Positions 32,438 through 42,292 of a stretch of 64,000 nt of DNA are shown here, piece by piece. The notes under the pieces are model-generated. The model made no database searches and was not told the origin of the DNA. It saw only the letters and a list, made by a program, of their open reading frames with translations. The stretch's first letter is position 1; every line of letters starts with the position of its first letter. The DNA is from an uncultured Bacillota bacterium (lineage in GTDB: Bacteria; Bacillota_I; Bacilli_A; RF39; UBA660), in contig CAJMGO010000007.1 in NCBI GenBank assembly GCA_905212975.1, forward strand, positions 1,699 to 65,698, in the 5' to 3' direction. Both the position numbers and the translations under genes were made by a program.

Positions 32438-33856
32438 ATGAATTTACCTAATTTAAATGAAGCCAAGAAAAGAAAAGCAGAAGATGTTGTTAAAACTAAA
32501 GATTATATTAGAAATAATAATTTAAATAATTTAGGTTGTAATAAAAAATATTTTATAAAAACTTATGGTTGTCAAATGAATGAACATGATAGTGAAAATA
32601 TAAAAGCATTACTTGAAGAAATGGGATTTAAAGAAACTTTTGATATGGAAGATGCTGATTTAATATTACTAAATACATGTGCTATAAGGGAGAATGCTCA
32701 TAATAAAGTATTTGGTATGATTGGAAGAATTAAAACTATAAAAGAAAAGAAGCCTCATGTTATTGCTGGTATATGTGGTTGTATGGCTCAAGAAGAAAGT
32801 GTTGTAAATGAGATTCTTAATAAATATAAACATATTAATATAGTATTTGGTACTCATAATATTTATCAATTACCTGAAATTTTAAATAATGCTATTGTTA
32901 AATGTGAACGTGAAATTGAAGTTATGTCATATGAAGGTGATATTGTTGAACATATGCCTGTAAAAAGAGATAGTAAATATAAAGCTTGGGTTAATATTAT
33001 GTATGGTTGTGATAAATTTTGCACATATTGTATAGTACCATATACACGTGGTAAGCAAAGAAGTAGAAGACATGAAGATATATTAGAAGAGGTAAAAGAT
33101 TTAGTAAAAGAAGGGTATAAAGAAGTTACTTTATTGGGGCAAAATGTTAATGCTTATGGTAAAGATTTATCTGATGGTTATACAATGGAGAATTTACTTG
33201 AGGATACAGCAAAAACTGGAATAGAAAGAATAAGATTTGTTACAAGTCACCCATGGGATTTTACTGATGGTATGATTGATGTTATAGCTAAATATGATAA
33301 TGTTATGCCATATATCCATCTACCTATTCAATCTGGAAGTAATAAAATACTTAAGCTTATGGGAAGACGTTATACTAAAGAAAGTTATTTAACTTTATTT
33401 AAAAAAATAAAAGAAAAAATACCAAATTGTTCTGTAACTACTGATATTATTGTAGCTTTTCCAGGAGAAACAGAAGAAGATTTTCAAGATACTCTTGATG
33501 TAGTAAATGAATGTAAGTATGATTCGGCATTTACATTTATATTTTCTCCTCGTGTTGGAACTCCAGCAGCTCGTATGGAAAATAATTTAAGTGAAGAAGT
33601 TAAGAGTGAAAGATTACAAAGATTAAATGAAATTGTTAATAAATATTCTAAAGAAGCTAATGATAGATATTTAGGAAAGATTGTACCAGTACTTTTAGAA
33701 GGTGTTTCTGAAAAGGATGATGAGTGTCTTATGGGGTATACAGATACTATGAAATTGGTAAATGTAAAATGTGATAAAAAATTAATTGGTAATATAGTAA
33801 ATGTTAAGATAACAGATGTAAAAACATGGAGTATGGATGGAGAAATAGTAGAATAA
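32438..33856 (+). CDS. miaB: tRNA-2-methylthio-N6-dimethylallyladenosine synthase MiaB (radical SAM methylthiotransferase)
   Basis: UPF0004 domain with TYGCQMN, a radical-SAM CxxxCxxC motif (CTYCIVP), and a C-terminal TRAM domain. Confidence 0.85.
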   Translation: MNLPNLNEAKKRKAEDVVKTKDYIRNNNLNNLGCNKKYFIKTYGCQMNEHDSENIKALLEEMGFKETFDMEDADLILLNTCAIRENAHNKVFGMIGRIKTIKEKKPHVIAGICGCMAQEESVVNEILNKYKHINIVFGTHNIYQLPEILNNAIVKCEREIEVMSYEGDIVEHMPVKRDSKYKAWVNIMYGCDKFCTYCIVPYTRGKQRSRRHEDILEEVKDLVKEGYKEVTLLGQNVNAYGKDLSDGYTMENLLEDTAKTGIERIRFVTSHPWDFTDGMIDVIAKYDNVMPYIHLPIQSGSNKILKLMGRRYTKESYLTLFKKIKEKIPNCSVTTDIIVAFPGETEEDFQDTLDVVNECKYDSAFTFIFSPRVGTPAARMENNLSEEVKSERLQRLNEIVNKYSKEANDRYLGKIVPVLLEGVSEKDDECLMGYTDTMKLVNVKCDKKLIGNIVNVKITDVKTWSMDGEIVE

Positions 33857-33960
33857 TATCTACTATTTTTTTGAAACTAAATAAATTTATTGTAAAAAAA
33901 TAATAAATATGATTAAATTGTTTTAGAGATAATTTGTTTTATGTAATAAGGGGAAGATAT

Positions 33961-35976
33961 ATGACAGAAATTGAATTTAAAAGAGAAAATGAATATTTAT
34001 CTAACGTAAGAGAACTAATAACAGATTTAATAGTTGATAAAAATAAAAGTATTTCTAAATCGACAGAATCTATTTATGAACAAAAGAAATTTTTATGGGA
34101 TAATAGTTCTGATTATACAGATGAAGAATTGGTTGGATCAATGAATGAAGTTGATTTAAATACTAAAATAACAAGTTTTGATTTGATTCAATTAAATAAA
34201 TATAAACAATCTTTAAATAGTCCTTATTTTGCTAAGGTTGTTTTTGAGGATAAAGAATACAATGAAATAATGAATATATATATAGGAATATGTACTATTG
34301 AAAAAAATCATGATTACTATGTTTTTGATTGGAGAGCTCCTATATCAAGTCTATTTTATAATTATGAAATTGGATCGTCTTCGTATGAGTCTTCTAATGG
34401 AATTATTTATGGTGAGACTTTATCAAAAATGCAGTTTAAAATTATAGATGGAAAATTAATAAGATGTTTCAATAGCAGTTTAAATATAGATGATGATTTT
34501 CTTCAGGAAATATTAGCTAACTCACAATCAGATAAAATGAAAAATATTGTTAGTACAATTCAAAGAGAACAAAATGAGGTTATAAGAAATATAAGTGATC
34601 CATATTTAATTGTTCAAGGGGTTGCAGGTTCGGGCAAGACCAGTGTAGCGCTTCATAGAATAGCTTATTTGCTATATAAAAACAAATCTTTAAATTCAAA
34701 TAATATATTAATTTTTTCTCCTAATGATGTTTTTTCTGATTACATATCAAATGTTTTACCAGAATTGGGAGAAGAAAATGTTTTAACCACTACTTTTAGT
34801 GATTTTGCTAAGGTATGTTTAAAACCATATAAAAAAATAGAAGGTTATACTGAATTTTTAGAAAAAATTTATTCATCAAATAATTTTGATAAAAAATTAA
34901 TTGAAAAGAAAATGTCTTATGAATATAAAAATGAAATAGATGAATATTTAGAAAATATTGAAAACAATATTAAATTTGATCATGATATAGAAATTAATAA
35001 CCATATTATTGAAAAGGATGAAATAAGAAACTTATATTTAAGTAAGTACTTAAAATTTCCATATTCAGAAAGATTAGACTTTATTGCCGAAGATATATGT
35101 TATAAAGCTCATATTTCTTTGAAGCATAAAAACAAAGTAAGAAATGTAATTGTTAAAGAATATAATATATGTGTTAATCAATTTGAATTATATAAAGATT
35201 TTTTAATAAAGAGTAATTATTTGGGTAGTTTTATTTCAAAAGGTAAAGTTAAATATGAAGATATTATGGGATTAATGCTAATATATTTTAAAATAAATGG
35301 ATATCCTAATTTTTATGGAATTCAACAAGTTGTTATAGATGAAGCACAAGATTATACATATTTACAAATGGAAATATTTAAAAACATTTTTCCTAATGCT
35401 AAATTTACAATATTAGGAGATGTTAATCAAACTATTAATCCTTTTTACAAATATAAATCATTGGAATCATTAAAAGATATTTTTCCAAAATCAAAATATA
35501 TTGAACTTAAAAAAGCATATAGATCAAGTAGTGAAATAATAGATTACACTAATAAAATTCTTGGTATTTCAAATATTGTGGCTGTTAGAAAAGAAAATAA
35601 TTATAATGTAGATATAATTGAGTTGGATGAAAGTAATAAAATTTATCAAGTAAACTCAATACTAAATTTAATGAATAAAAATAATATTCATAAAATTGCT
35701 ATAATTACTAAAAATGTAGAAGAAGCAAAAATTCTTTATAAAAATTTAGAAAATGATAATATACAATTTATTCAAAATACAGATGATTCTATACAAAAAG
35801 ATGTAATAATTATTCCATCATATTTATCTAAAGGTTTAGAATTTGAAGGAGTTATTGTATATAATGATAAAGAGACATATAAAGAAGATGATATAAATTT
35901 ATATTATGTTGTATGTAGTAGGGCACAACATATGTTAAGTATTTTTAATGAACCACAAAAGATACTAAAAAAATAG
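33961..35976 (+). CDS. UvrD/HelD-like superfamily-1 DNA helicase
   Basis: Walker A motif GVAGSGKTSVALHR, Walker B motif VVIDEAQD, and an N-terminal HelD-like region. Start chosen at M10. Confidence 0.7.
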   Translation: MTEIEFKRENEYLSNVRELITDLIVDKNKSISKSTESIYEQKKFLWDNSSDYTDEELVGSMNEVDLNTKITSFDLIQLNKYKQSLNSPYFAKVVFEDKEYNEIMNIYIGICTIEKNHDYYVFDWRAPISSLFYNYEIGSSSYESSNGIIYGETLSKMQFKIIDGKLIRCFNSSLNIDDDFLQEILANSQSDKMKNIVSTIQREQNEVIRNISDPYLIVQGVAGSGKTSVALHRIAYLLYKNKSLNSNNILIFSPNDVFSDYISNVLPELGEENVLTTTFSDFAKVCLKPYKKIEGYTEFLEKIYSSNNFDKKLIEKKMSYEYKNEIDEYLENIENNIKFDHDIEINNHIIEKDEIRNLYLSKYLKFPYSERLDFIAEDICYKAHISLKHKNKVRNVIVKEYNICVNQFELYKDFLIKSNYLGSFISKGKVKYEDIMGLMLIYFKINGYPNFYGIQQVVIDEAQDYTYLQMEIFKNIFPNAKFTILGDVNQTINPFYKYKSLESLKDIFPKSKYIELKKAYRSSSEIIDYTNKILGISNIVAVRKENNYNVDIIELDESNKIYQVNSILNLMNKNNIHKIAIITKNVEEAKILYKNLENDNIQFIQNTDDSIQKDVIIIPSYLSKGLEFEGVIVYNDKETYKEDDINLYYVVCSRAQHMLSIFNEPQKILKK

Positions 35977-36068
35977 TAGAATAATATCTACTATTTTTAT
36001 TTACATATATTTACAAAGTCATTTTACTTTATAGTTTTGTTTTTGTATAATATTAAGGGTGATTACTT

Positions 36069-36689
36069 ATGAAGGAAAAAATATCTTTAATATATAAAAT
36101 ATTAATAGTGGTAGTAAGTGGTATAGGTTTATATTTAAATTTTAAGTTATATTCTTTTAAAACAGCAATTTTATATTTTACAAATTTAAGTAATATTTTA
36201 GTATTTGTTTTTTATTTAGTAGGATTAATACTATATTTTACTAAAAAATTGAAAAAAAATGATACATATTATATTATAAAAGGTATGATTACAATGGCTA
36301 TAACAATTACAATGTTTGTATATCAAATTATATTATCTGGTAGTATGAATGCATTTGTAGGTCATGAAGTAGAAAATGCTTTTGTACATTTAATAGTGCC
36401 ATTTTTAGTAATATTTGATTATATAATATTTGGAAAAAAGGGAAATTTAAAGAAAAATTATCCATTTATATGGAGTTTTATATTAATAGTTTATCAATTA
36501 TTTGTAATAATATATTCATTATTGGGTGGTAAATTCATGGGATCAGATGTACCATATCCATATATGGATGTAAGTAAAAATGGTATATGGACTGTTATAC
36601 TAAATTGTGTACTTGTATATGTTTTTTTTGTAGGATATGGTACAATAGTACAAACATTAGATAATAAATTGGGTAAAAAGAATAAGTAA
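36069..36689 (+). CDS. Hypothetical integral membrane protein (about 6 TM helices)
   Basis: Hydrophobic ORF with an RBS. No motif I recognise. Confidence 0.5.
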   Translation: MKEKISLIYKILIVVVSGIGLYLNFKLYSFKTAILYFTNLSNILVFVFYLVGLILYFTKKLKKNDTYYIIKGMITMAITITMFVYQIILSGSMNAFVGHEVENAFVHLIVPFLVIFDYIIFGKKGNLKKNYPFIWSFILIVYQLFVIIYSLLGGKFMGSDVPYPYMDVSKNGIWTVILNCVLVYVFFVGYGTIVQTLDNKLGKKNK

Positions 36690-36753
36690 TTTAATATATA
36701 GATTAAAAAATTAATAATAAATTAATTTTTTTTATAAAAACATACTTTTTTAA

Positions 36754-36978
36754 ATAATAATTAATGATAAAAAAATAATAGGTTTATATGATAAAGAAGT
36801 TGTTGAAAAGAAAATACTTAATTCTAGATTAATTGAAGCTCGTGAAGAGGGTGAAAATAAGAAAGAAAAAGAAGTAGCTTTAAATATGATTAATATGGAT
36901 TTGGATGATAATATAATAATTAAATCTTTAAATATTTCTAAAGAGGATTTAGACAATATAAAAGGAAGTAGACTTTAG
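36754..36978 (+). pseudogene. Start-less fragment resembling the C-terminal repeat region of Rpn/YhgA-like PD-(D/E)xK transposase-like proteins
   Basis: Reading frame IIINDKKIIGLYDKEVVEKKILNSRLIEAREEGENKKEKEVALNMINMDLDDNIIIKSLNISKEDLDNIKG has no start codon. The EEG...NMI..LD...II.KS.GLS.EDL pattern is typical of the Rpn-family C-terminus. Confidence 0.4.
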
Positions 36979-37580
36979 TTGCTATTTCCTTTTTTTATTA
37001 GTATTTCTTTTAATATTTTTAATTGTGATATTTTATTTAATGAATTAATTAATTGTTTATTGTTTTTATCTATATCTATTACATAAGTTATATCATTATT
37101 AAATTCTTTACTTAATATTTTTATATCTTTTAAATAATTGTCTATTTGTTTGATATTATCATAACTGAAAGTTATTTTAAGTTCTATACCTGGTATAAGA
37201 TTACATATATTATTTTCATCTATGCAGTTTGTAACGCTTTTTGTATATGCTCTAACTAATCCTCCAGCGCCTAATTTTATTCCGCCAAAATATCTTGTTA
37301 CAATGCATAATATATGATTTAATTCATTATTTTTTAATACGTTTAATATTGGAATACCTGCTGTTCCTGCTGGTTCACCATCATCTGAGCATTTTTCAAA
37401 TCCATCTACAATATATGCATAACAGTTGTGTGTTGCGTCTTTATATTTATTTTTAATTTCTAAAAGATATTTATCTACATCTTCTATATCATTAACGTAA
37501 ATCATATTACATATAAAGCGTGATTTATTTATAATGTATTCTTTTTTATTATTGTTAATAATAGATTTCATAAAAGTCAC
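36975..37580 (-). CDS. yigZ: IMPACT/YigZ family protein
   Basis: CSDDGEPAGTAGIPIL is the IMPACT family signature (GEPxGTAG). Confidence 0.8.
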   Translation of the reverse strand: MTFMKSIINNNKKEYIINKSRFICNMIYVNDIEDVDKYLLEIKNKYKDATHNCYAYIVDGFEKCSDDGEPAGTAGIPILNVLKNNELNHILCIVTRYFGGIKLGAGGLVRAYTKSVTNCIDENNICNLIPGIELKITFSYDNIKQIDNYLKDIKILSKEFNNDITYVIDIDKNNKQLINSLNKISQLKILKEILIKKGNSN

Positions 37581-37651
37581 CTTTATTTATTATAAAGTAA
37601 AGTTTAAAAAAAATCAAAGTATGGTATAATAATTAACAAGAGGTGATAAAT

Positions 37652-39412
37652 ATGATACTTGAAAAACTATTACTTGTACCACATAAACCTGGATGTTATC
37701 AAATGAAAAATAAAGATGGAGTTATTATATATGTTGGTAAGGCAAAAGATTTAAGAAATAGACTTAATTCATATTTTCATCAATCACATACTGGTAAAAC
37801 TCAAAAGTTGGTTAGTGAAATAGCTGATTTTGAATATATAGTTGTAGGCAGTGAATCAGAAAGTTTAATACTTGAAATTAATTTAATAAAAAAATATGAT
37901 CCTAAATATAATATATTACTTCGTGATGATAAAAGTTATCCTTATATTGAACTTACTAATGAACGTGTACCAAGACTTACAATAGTAAGAGATTTAAATA
38001 GAAAAAGAAATAAAAATTATTTATATGGACCTTATCCAAATGTTAAGGCTGCTCGTGATACAGTTAATCTTCTAAATAGATTATATCCTCTTCGTAAATG
38101 TAGAACTTATAGTAAGAAACCCTGCCTTTATTATCACATAGGACAGTGTCTAGGATATTGTACTAATAATGTAAACACTGAATTAATTAATTCTATGAAG
38201 AATGATATTATTAAATTTTTAAAGGGTGATGATAGTGTTGTAACAAAAAAATTAAAAGATGAAATGAAAAGAGAAGCTGATAATTTGAATTTTGAGGCAG
38301 CACTTGAATTAAAAGAATTAATAAATAATATAGAGGTTACTCTTACTCATCAAAAAGTAGAAATAAATGATTATGTAGATAGAGATATATTTGGATATTA
38401 TGTTGATAGGGGTTATTTATCTATACAAGTATTTTTTATACGTGGTGGGAAGATAAAGGAAAGACATAGTAAAATTATGCCTTTGATAGATGAAATAGAT
38501 GAACAGTTAACAGATTATATAGCTAAGTTTTATAATAATTTTTTAATACCTAAAGAAGTTCTTGTACCACAAATTATTAATGTATCTTTACTTGAAGAAT
38601 ATTTAAATACTAGTGTTAAGATACCTGTTAAAGGAGTAAAAAAACAATTATTAGATATGGCATGTGATAATTCTAAAATAGCTCTTGATAATGAATTTGA
38701 ACTTATTAAAAGGGATGAGTTTAGAACAATAGAAGCAAATGAAGAACTTAAAAATATTTTAAATATGGATAAGCTTGATAAAATAGAAATATTTGATAAT
38801 GCCCATCTTTTTGGTACATTTAATGTATCTGGTATGGTAGTTTATGAAAATGGTAAACCAAATAAGAATGAATATAGAAAATTTAAAATAACTAATGATG
38901 TTAATGATGATTATGGAACAATGCGAGAAGTAATATATAGAAGGTATTTTAGAGTATTAAAAGATGATTTAGTACGCCCTGATTTAATTATTGTAGATGG
39001 CGGTATAGGACAAATTAATGCTGCAAAAGAAATAATAGATTCTCTTCATATGAATATAAAGATAGTAGGTCTTAAAAAAGATGATAGACATACTACAGAA
39101 AGTTTAATTGATACTGATTTAAGAGAAATAAAAATAGATAAAACTAGTAATGTATTTTATTTGCTTGAGAGAATGCAAGAAGAGGTACATAATTTTACTA
39201 TAAATTATCATAAACAAATAAGAAGTAAGGGTGCTTTGGCTAGTGTACTTGATAGTATTTCTGGAATAGGTGAGGTAAGAAAAAAGGAATTACTTAAAAA
39301 GTATAAAAATGTTAAAACTTTAAAAGAAGTAAGTATTCAAGAATTAAATGAAATACTTCCAATTAAGGTTGCTGAAGAATTACATACATTTTTAGAAAAC
39401 TATGAAATATAG
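37652..39412 (+). CDS. uvrC: Excinuclease ABC subunit C
   Basis: N-terminal GIY-YIG domain (GCYQMKN...IYVGKAKDLRNR), UvrBC-interaction region, and a C-terminal HhH. Start taken at the ATG with RBS AGAGGTG. Confidence 0.9.
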   Translation: MILEKLLLVPHKPGCYQMKNKDGVIIYVGKAKDLRNRLNSYFHQSHTGKTQKLVSEIADFEYIVVGSESESLILEINLIKKYDPKYNILLRDDKSYPYIELTNERVPRLTIVRDLNRKRNKNYLYGPYPNVKAARDTVNLLNRLYPLRKCRTYSKKPCLYYHIGQCLGYCTNNVNTELINSMKNDIIKFLKGDDSVVTKKLKDEMKREADNLNFEAALELKELINNIEVTLTHQKVEINDYVDRDIFGYYVDRGYLSIQVFFIRGGKIKERHSKIMPLIDEIDEQLTDYIAKFYNNFLIPKEVLVPQIINVSLLEEYLNTSVKIPVKGVKKQLLDMACDNSKIALDNEFELIKRDEFRTIEANEELKNILNMDKLDKIEIFDNAHLFGTFNVSGMVVYENGKPNKNEYRKFKITNDVNDDYGTMREVIYRRYFRVLKDDLVRPDLIIVDGGIGQINAAKEIIDSLHMNIKIVGLKKDDRHTTESLIDTDLREIKIDKTSNVFYLLERMQEEVHNFTINYHKQIRSKGALASVLDSISGIGEVRKKELLKKYKNVKTLKEVSIQELNEILPIKVAEELHTFLENYEI

Positions 39413-39579
39413 TTTTTTTTTAAATTTATTAATAAAACATTGTATAAAATAATAAAATTTGGTATACTAATCATGGCTTTTTCAAATACACACATTATTG
39501 ATTTTTATGCCTAGTGCCTAAATGGTGGTAATAAAAAGAAGATATAATGGAGGAAAATAACAAAAGGAGGAATGAAAAT

Positions 39580-40611
39580 ATGGCAGTAGTGTCAATGAGT
39601 TATTTATTAGAAACTGGTGTTCACTTTGGTCATCAAACTAAAAGATGGAACCCAAAAATGAAAGAGTATATTTTTACATCAAGAGATGATATTTATATTA
39701 TCGATTTACAAAAAACAGCTAAAAAAATAGAGGAAGCATATGCAGCTTTAAATAAAATTGCAGCTGATGGTGGTAAAGTTTTATTTGTAGGTACAAGAAA
39801 ACAAGCACAAGAAGCAATTGTTGAAGAAGCTAAAAGAAGTGATTCTTACTATGTAGCTGAAAGATGGTTAGGTGGAACTTTAACAAACTTCAAAACTATC
39901 AGAAGAAGAATTAAAAGATTAGAAGATATCGAAAAAATGGAAAAAGATGGAACTTTCGATTTACTTCCAAAGAAAGAAGTAATTGGTATTAAGAAAGAAT
40001 ACGAAAAATTAAACAAAGTTTTATGTGGTATTCGTGAAATGACTAAATTACCTCAAGCTTTATATATAGTAGATCCTTCTAAAGAAGAAATTGCTATAAG
40101 AGAAGCTAGAAAATTAAATATTCCAGTATTTGGTATTGTAGATACAAATTGTGATCCAGATATGGTAGATTATGTAATTCCTGGAAATGATGATGCAATT
40201 CGTGCAGTTAAATTAATTACAGGTGTTATGGCTAATGCTATTGTTGAAGCAAATGGTGGTAAAGTTGTTGATTATGTAAAAGAAGACGACAAAAATGGTG
40301 CTGAAATAATGGAAAAAGCATTAGAAACAGTAAAAAGAAAAGAAGATAGAAATAAACCAAGATTTGAAAAGAAACCATTTAACAAAGATAATAAAAGAGA
40401 ATTTAAAAAAGAATTCAAAAAAGAAGAAAAAGTAGAAAAAGAAACTAAAAAAGTTGAAAAAGTAGAAAAAGTTGAAAAAGTTGAAAAAAAAGAAGAAGCC
40501 AAAGATTTAACTAAATTAACTGTAGCTGAATTAAGAGATTTAGCTAAGAGTAAAGAAGTTAAAGGATACTCAACAATGAAAAAAGCTGAATTATTAGATG
40601 CTTTAAAATAA
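39580..40611 (+). CDS. rpsB: 30S ribosomal protein S2 with a Lys/Glu-repeat plus Rho_N-like C-terminal extension
   Basis: Canonical S2 core up to about residue 232, then about 110 extra residues. Start at the MAVVSM ATG with a GGAGG RBS. Confidence 0.9.
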   Translation: MAVVSMSYLLETGVHFGHQTKRWNPKMKEYIFTSRDDIYIIDLQKTAKKIEEAYAALNKIAADGGKVLFVGTRKQAQEAIVEEAKRSDSYYVAERWLGGTLTNFKTIRRRIKRLEDIEKMEKDGTFDLLPKKEVIGIKKEYEKLNKVLCGIREMTKLPQALYIVDPSKEEIAIREARKLNIPVFGIVDTNCDPDMVDYVIPGNDDAIRAVKLITGVMANAIVEANGGKVVDYVKEDDKNGAEIMEKALETVKRKEDRNKPRFEKKPFNKDNKREFKKEFKKEEKVEKETKKVEKVEKVEKVEKKEEAKDLTKLTVAELRDLAKSKEVKGYSTMKKAELLDALK

Positions 40612-40633
40612 AATCCAAAATAAGGAGAAATTT

Positions 40634-41509
40634 ATGATAAGTGCAAGTTTAGTAAAAGACTTAAGAGAAAAAACAGGAGCAGGAATGCTTGATTGTAAGA
40701 AAGCTTTAGAAGCAACTGAAGGAAATATTGAAAAAGCAATCGATTGGTTACGTGAAAAAGGTATTTCTAAGGCTGCTAAAAAAGCTGACAGAATTGCTGC
40801 AGAAGGATTAAGCTCAATTTTAATTAAAGGTGATAAAGCTGTTGTGTTAGAAGTTAATTCTGAAACAGACTTTGTTGCTAAAAATGAAGAATTTAAAGAA
40901 TTAGTTAATACTATAGCAAGTACAATTATTGATTCAAATTTAACAGATGAAGTAGAAGAAGCTTTAAAACTTCAAACTTCTGGATGTACAATTGAAGAAT
41001 TAATAATAGAAAAAACTGCTAAAATTGGTGAAAAACTTTCTTTAAGAAGATTTGTTAAAATTGAAAAAACTCCATCTGAATCTTTTGGAGAATATATCCA
41101 TATGGGAGGAAAAATAGCTGTTCTTACAGTTTTAGATAATGCTTCAAGTGAAGTTGCTAAAGATGTAGCAATGCATGCTGCAGCAATGAGACCTCAATAT
41201 GTAAGAAGAGAAAATGTTCCAGCAGATGTAGTTGAAAGAGAAAGAGAAGTTTTAAAAGAACAGGCTATGAATGAAGGAAAAACTGCTGAAATAGCTGAAA
41301 AAATGGTTGAAGGTAGAGTTCAAAAGTTCTATAAGGAAATTTGCTTAGAAGAACAACCATTTGTTAAAGATTCTGATGTTTCTGTTGGAAAATTCGTTTC
41401 AAACAATGGAGGAACAATTGTTAATATGATTCGTTTTGAAGTTGGAGAAGGAATTGAAAAGAAAGAAGAAAATTTTGCTGAAGAAGTAGCAAAACAAATT
41501 AATCAATAA
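40634..41509 (+). CDS. tsf: Elongation factor Ts
   Basis: N-terminal UBA-like region LVKDLREKTGAGMLDCKKAL. Conserved rpsB-tsf synteny. Confidence 0.93.
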   Translation: MISASLVKDLREKTGAGMLDCKKALEATEGNIEKAIDWLREKGISKAAKKADRIAAEGLSSILIKGDKAVVLEVNSETDFVAKNEEFKELVNTIASTIIDSNLTDEVEEALKLQTSGCTIEELIIEKTAKIGEKLSLRRFVKIEKTPSESFGEYIHMGGKIAVLTVLDNASSEVAKDVAMHAAAMRPQYVRRENVPADVVEREREVLKEQAMNEGKTAEIAEKMVEGRVQKFYKEICLEEQPFVKDSDVSVGKFVSNNGGTIVNMIRFEVGEGIEKKEENFAEEVAKQINQ

Positions 41510-41569
41510 AATAGGTATAAAAAATACCTATTTTTTTTTAATGTATGATATAATTAAAATGGTGATAAT

Positions 41570-42160
41570 ATGAAATTAAAAAGAATAATTGCTTATATAA
41601 TTGATTCTATATTTGTGAGTTTGATAACATCTATGATAGCTTTAATTAGCTTTTTAAATCCAACTATAAATGAATATAACAAAACTTATAAAGAATACCA
41701 ACAATTTAATCAAGATATTGTAGCAACTGAAAGTAAAATTGATACAGATAAATTAATAAATGAGTCAACAGAATATTATTATAAACTTCAAAAATATTCT
41801 TTATCTACAAATATAATTGAAATATTTTGTTTAGTAGGATATTTTGTTATATTTGTTTCATCAAATAATGGTCAATCTCTTGGCAAAAAAATAATGAAAA
41901 TTAGAATAGCTCCTAATAAAGGAAATGTAAAATGGTATAACTATTTAGTTAGAATGATAATTTTAAATGGTACATGGATTACAATTTTATCTTGTATTAT
42001 GTTATTTATGTTACCACATAAAGCATTTTATATTACATCTATGGTTATGACTTATATAGGTTATGTAATAATATTAACTGATTTATTATTTATGTTATTT
42101 AGAAAAGATGAAAGAAGTTTACATGATATAGCTTCTAATACAAAAGTAATAGAAGCATAA
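41570..42160 (+). CDS. Hypothetical membrane protein, possibly RDD family
   Basis: Three or four TM helices. The N-terminal IAYIIDSIFVSL pattern resembles the RDD domain. Weak assignment. Confidence 0.45.
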   Translation: MKLKRIIAYIIDSIFVSLITSMIALISFLNPTINEYNKTYKEYQQFNQDIVATESKIDTDKLINESTEYYYKLQKYSLSTNIIEIFCLVGYFVIFVSSNNGQSLGKKIMKIRIAPNKGNVKWYNYLVRMIILNGTWITILSCIMLFMLPHKAFYITSMVMTYIGYVIILTDLLFMLFRKDERSLHDIASNTKVIEA

Positions 42161-42292
42161 AGATATAAATTACCTAATTCAATAAAGAGTTAGGTATTTT
42201 TTTTATAAAAATAAAAAATTATTTTTTTTCATTTCTTTGCAGGAGTTTTAAATATACATCTTGTATGTTTTAAGTAGGAGGTGAGAAAACGT

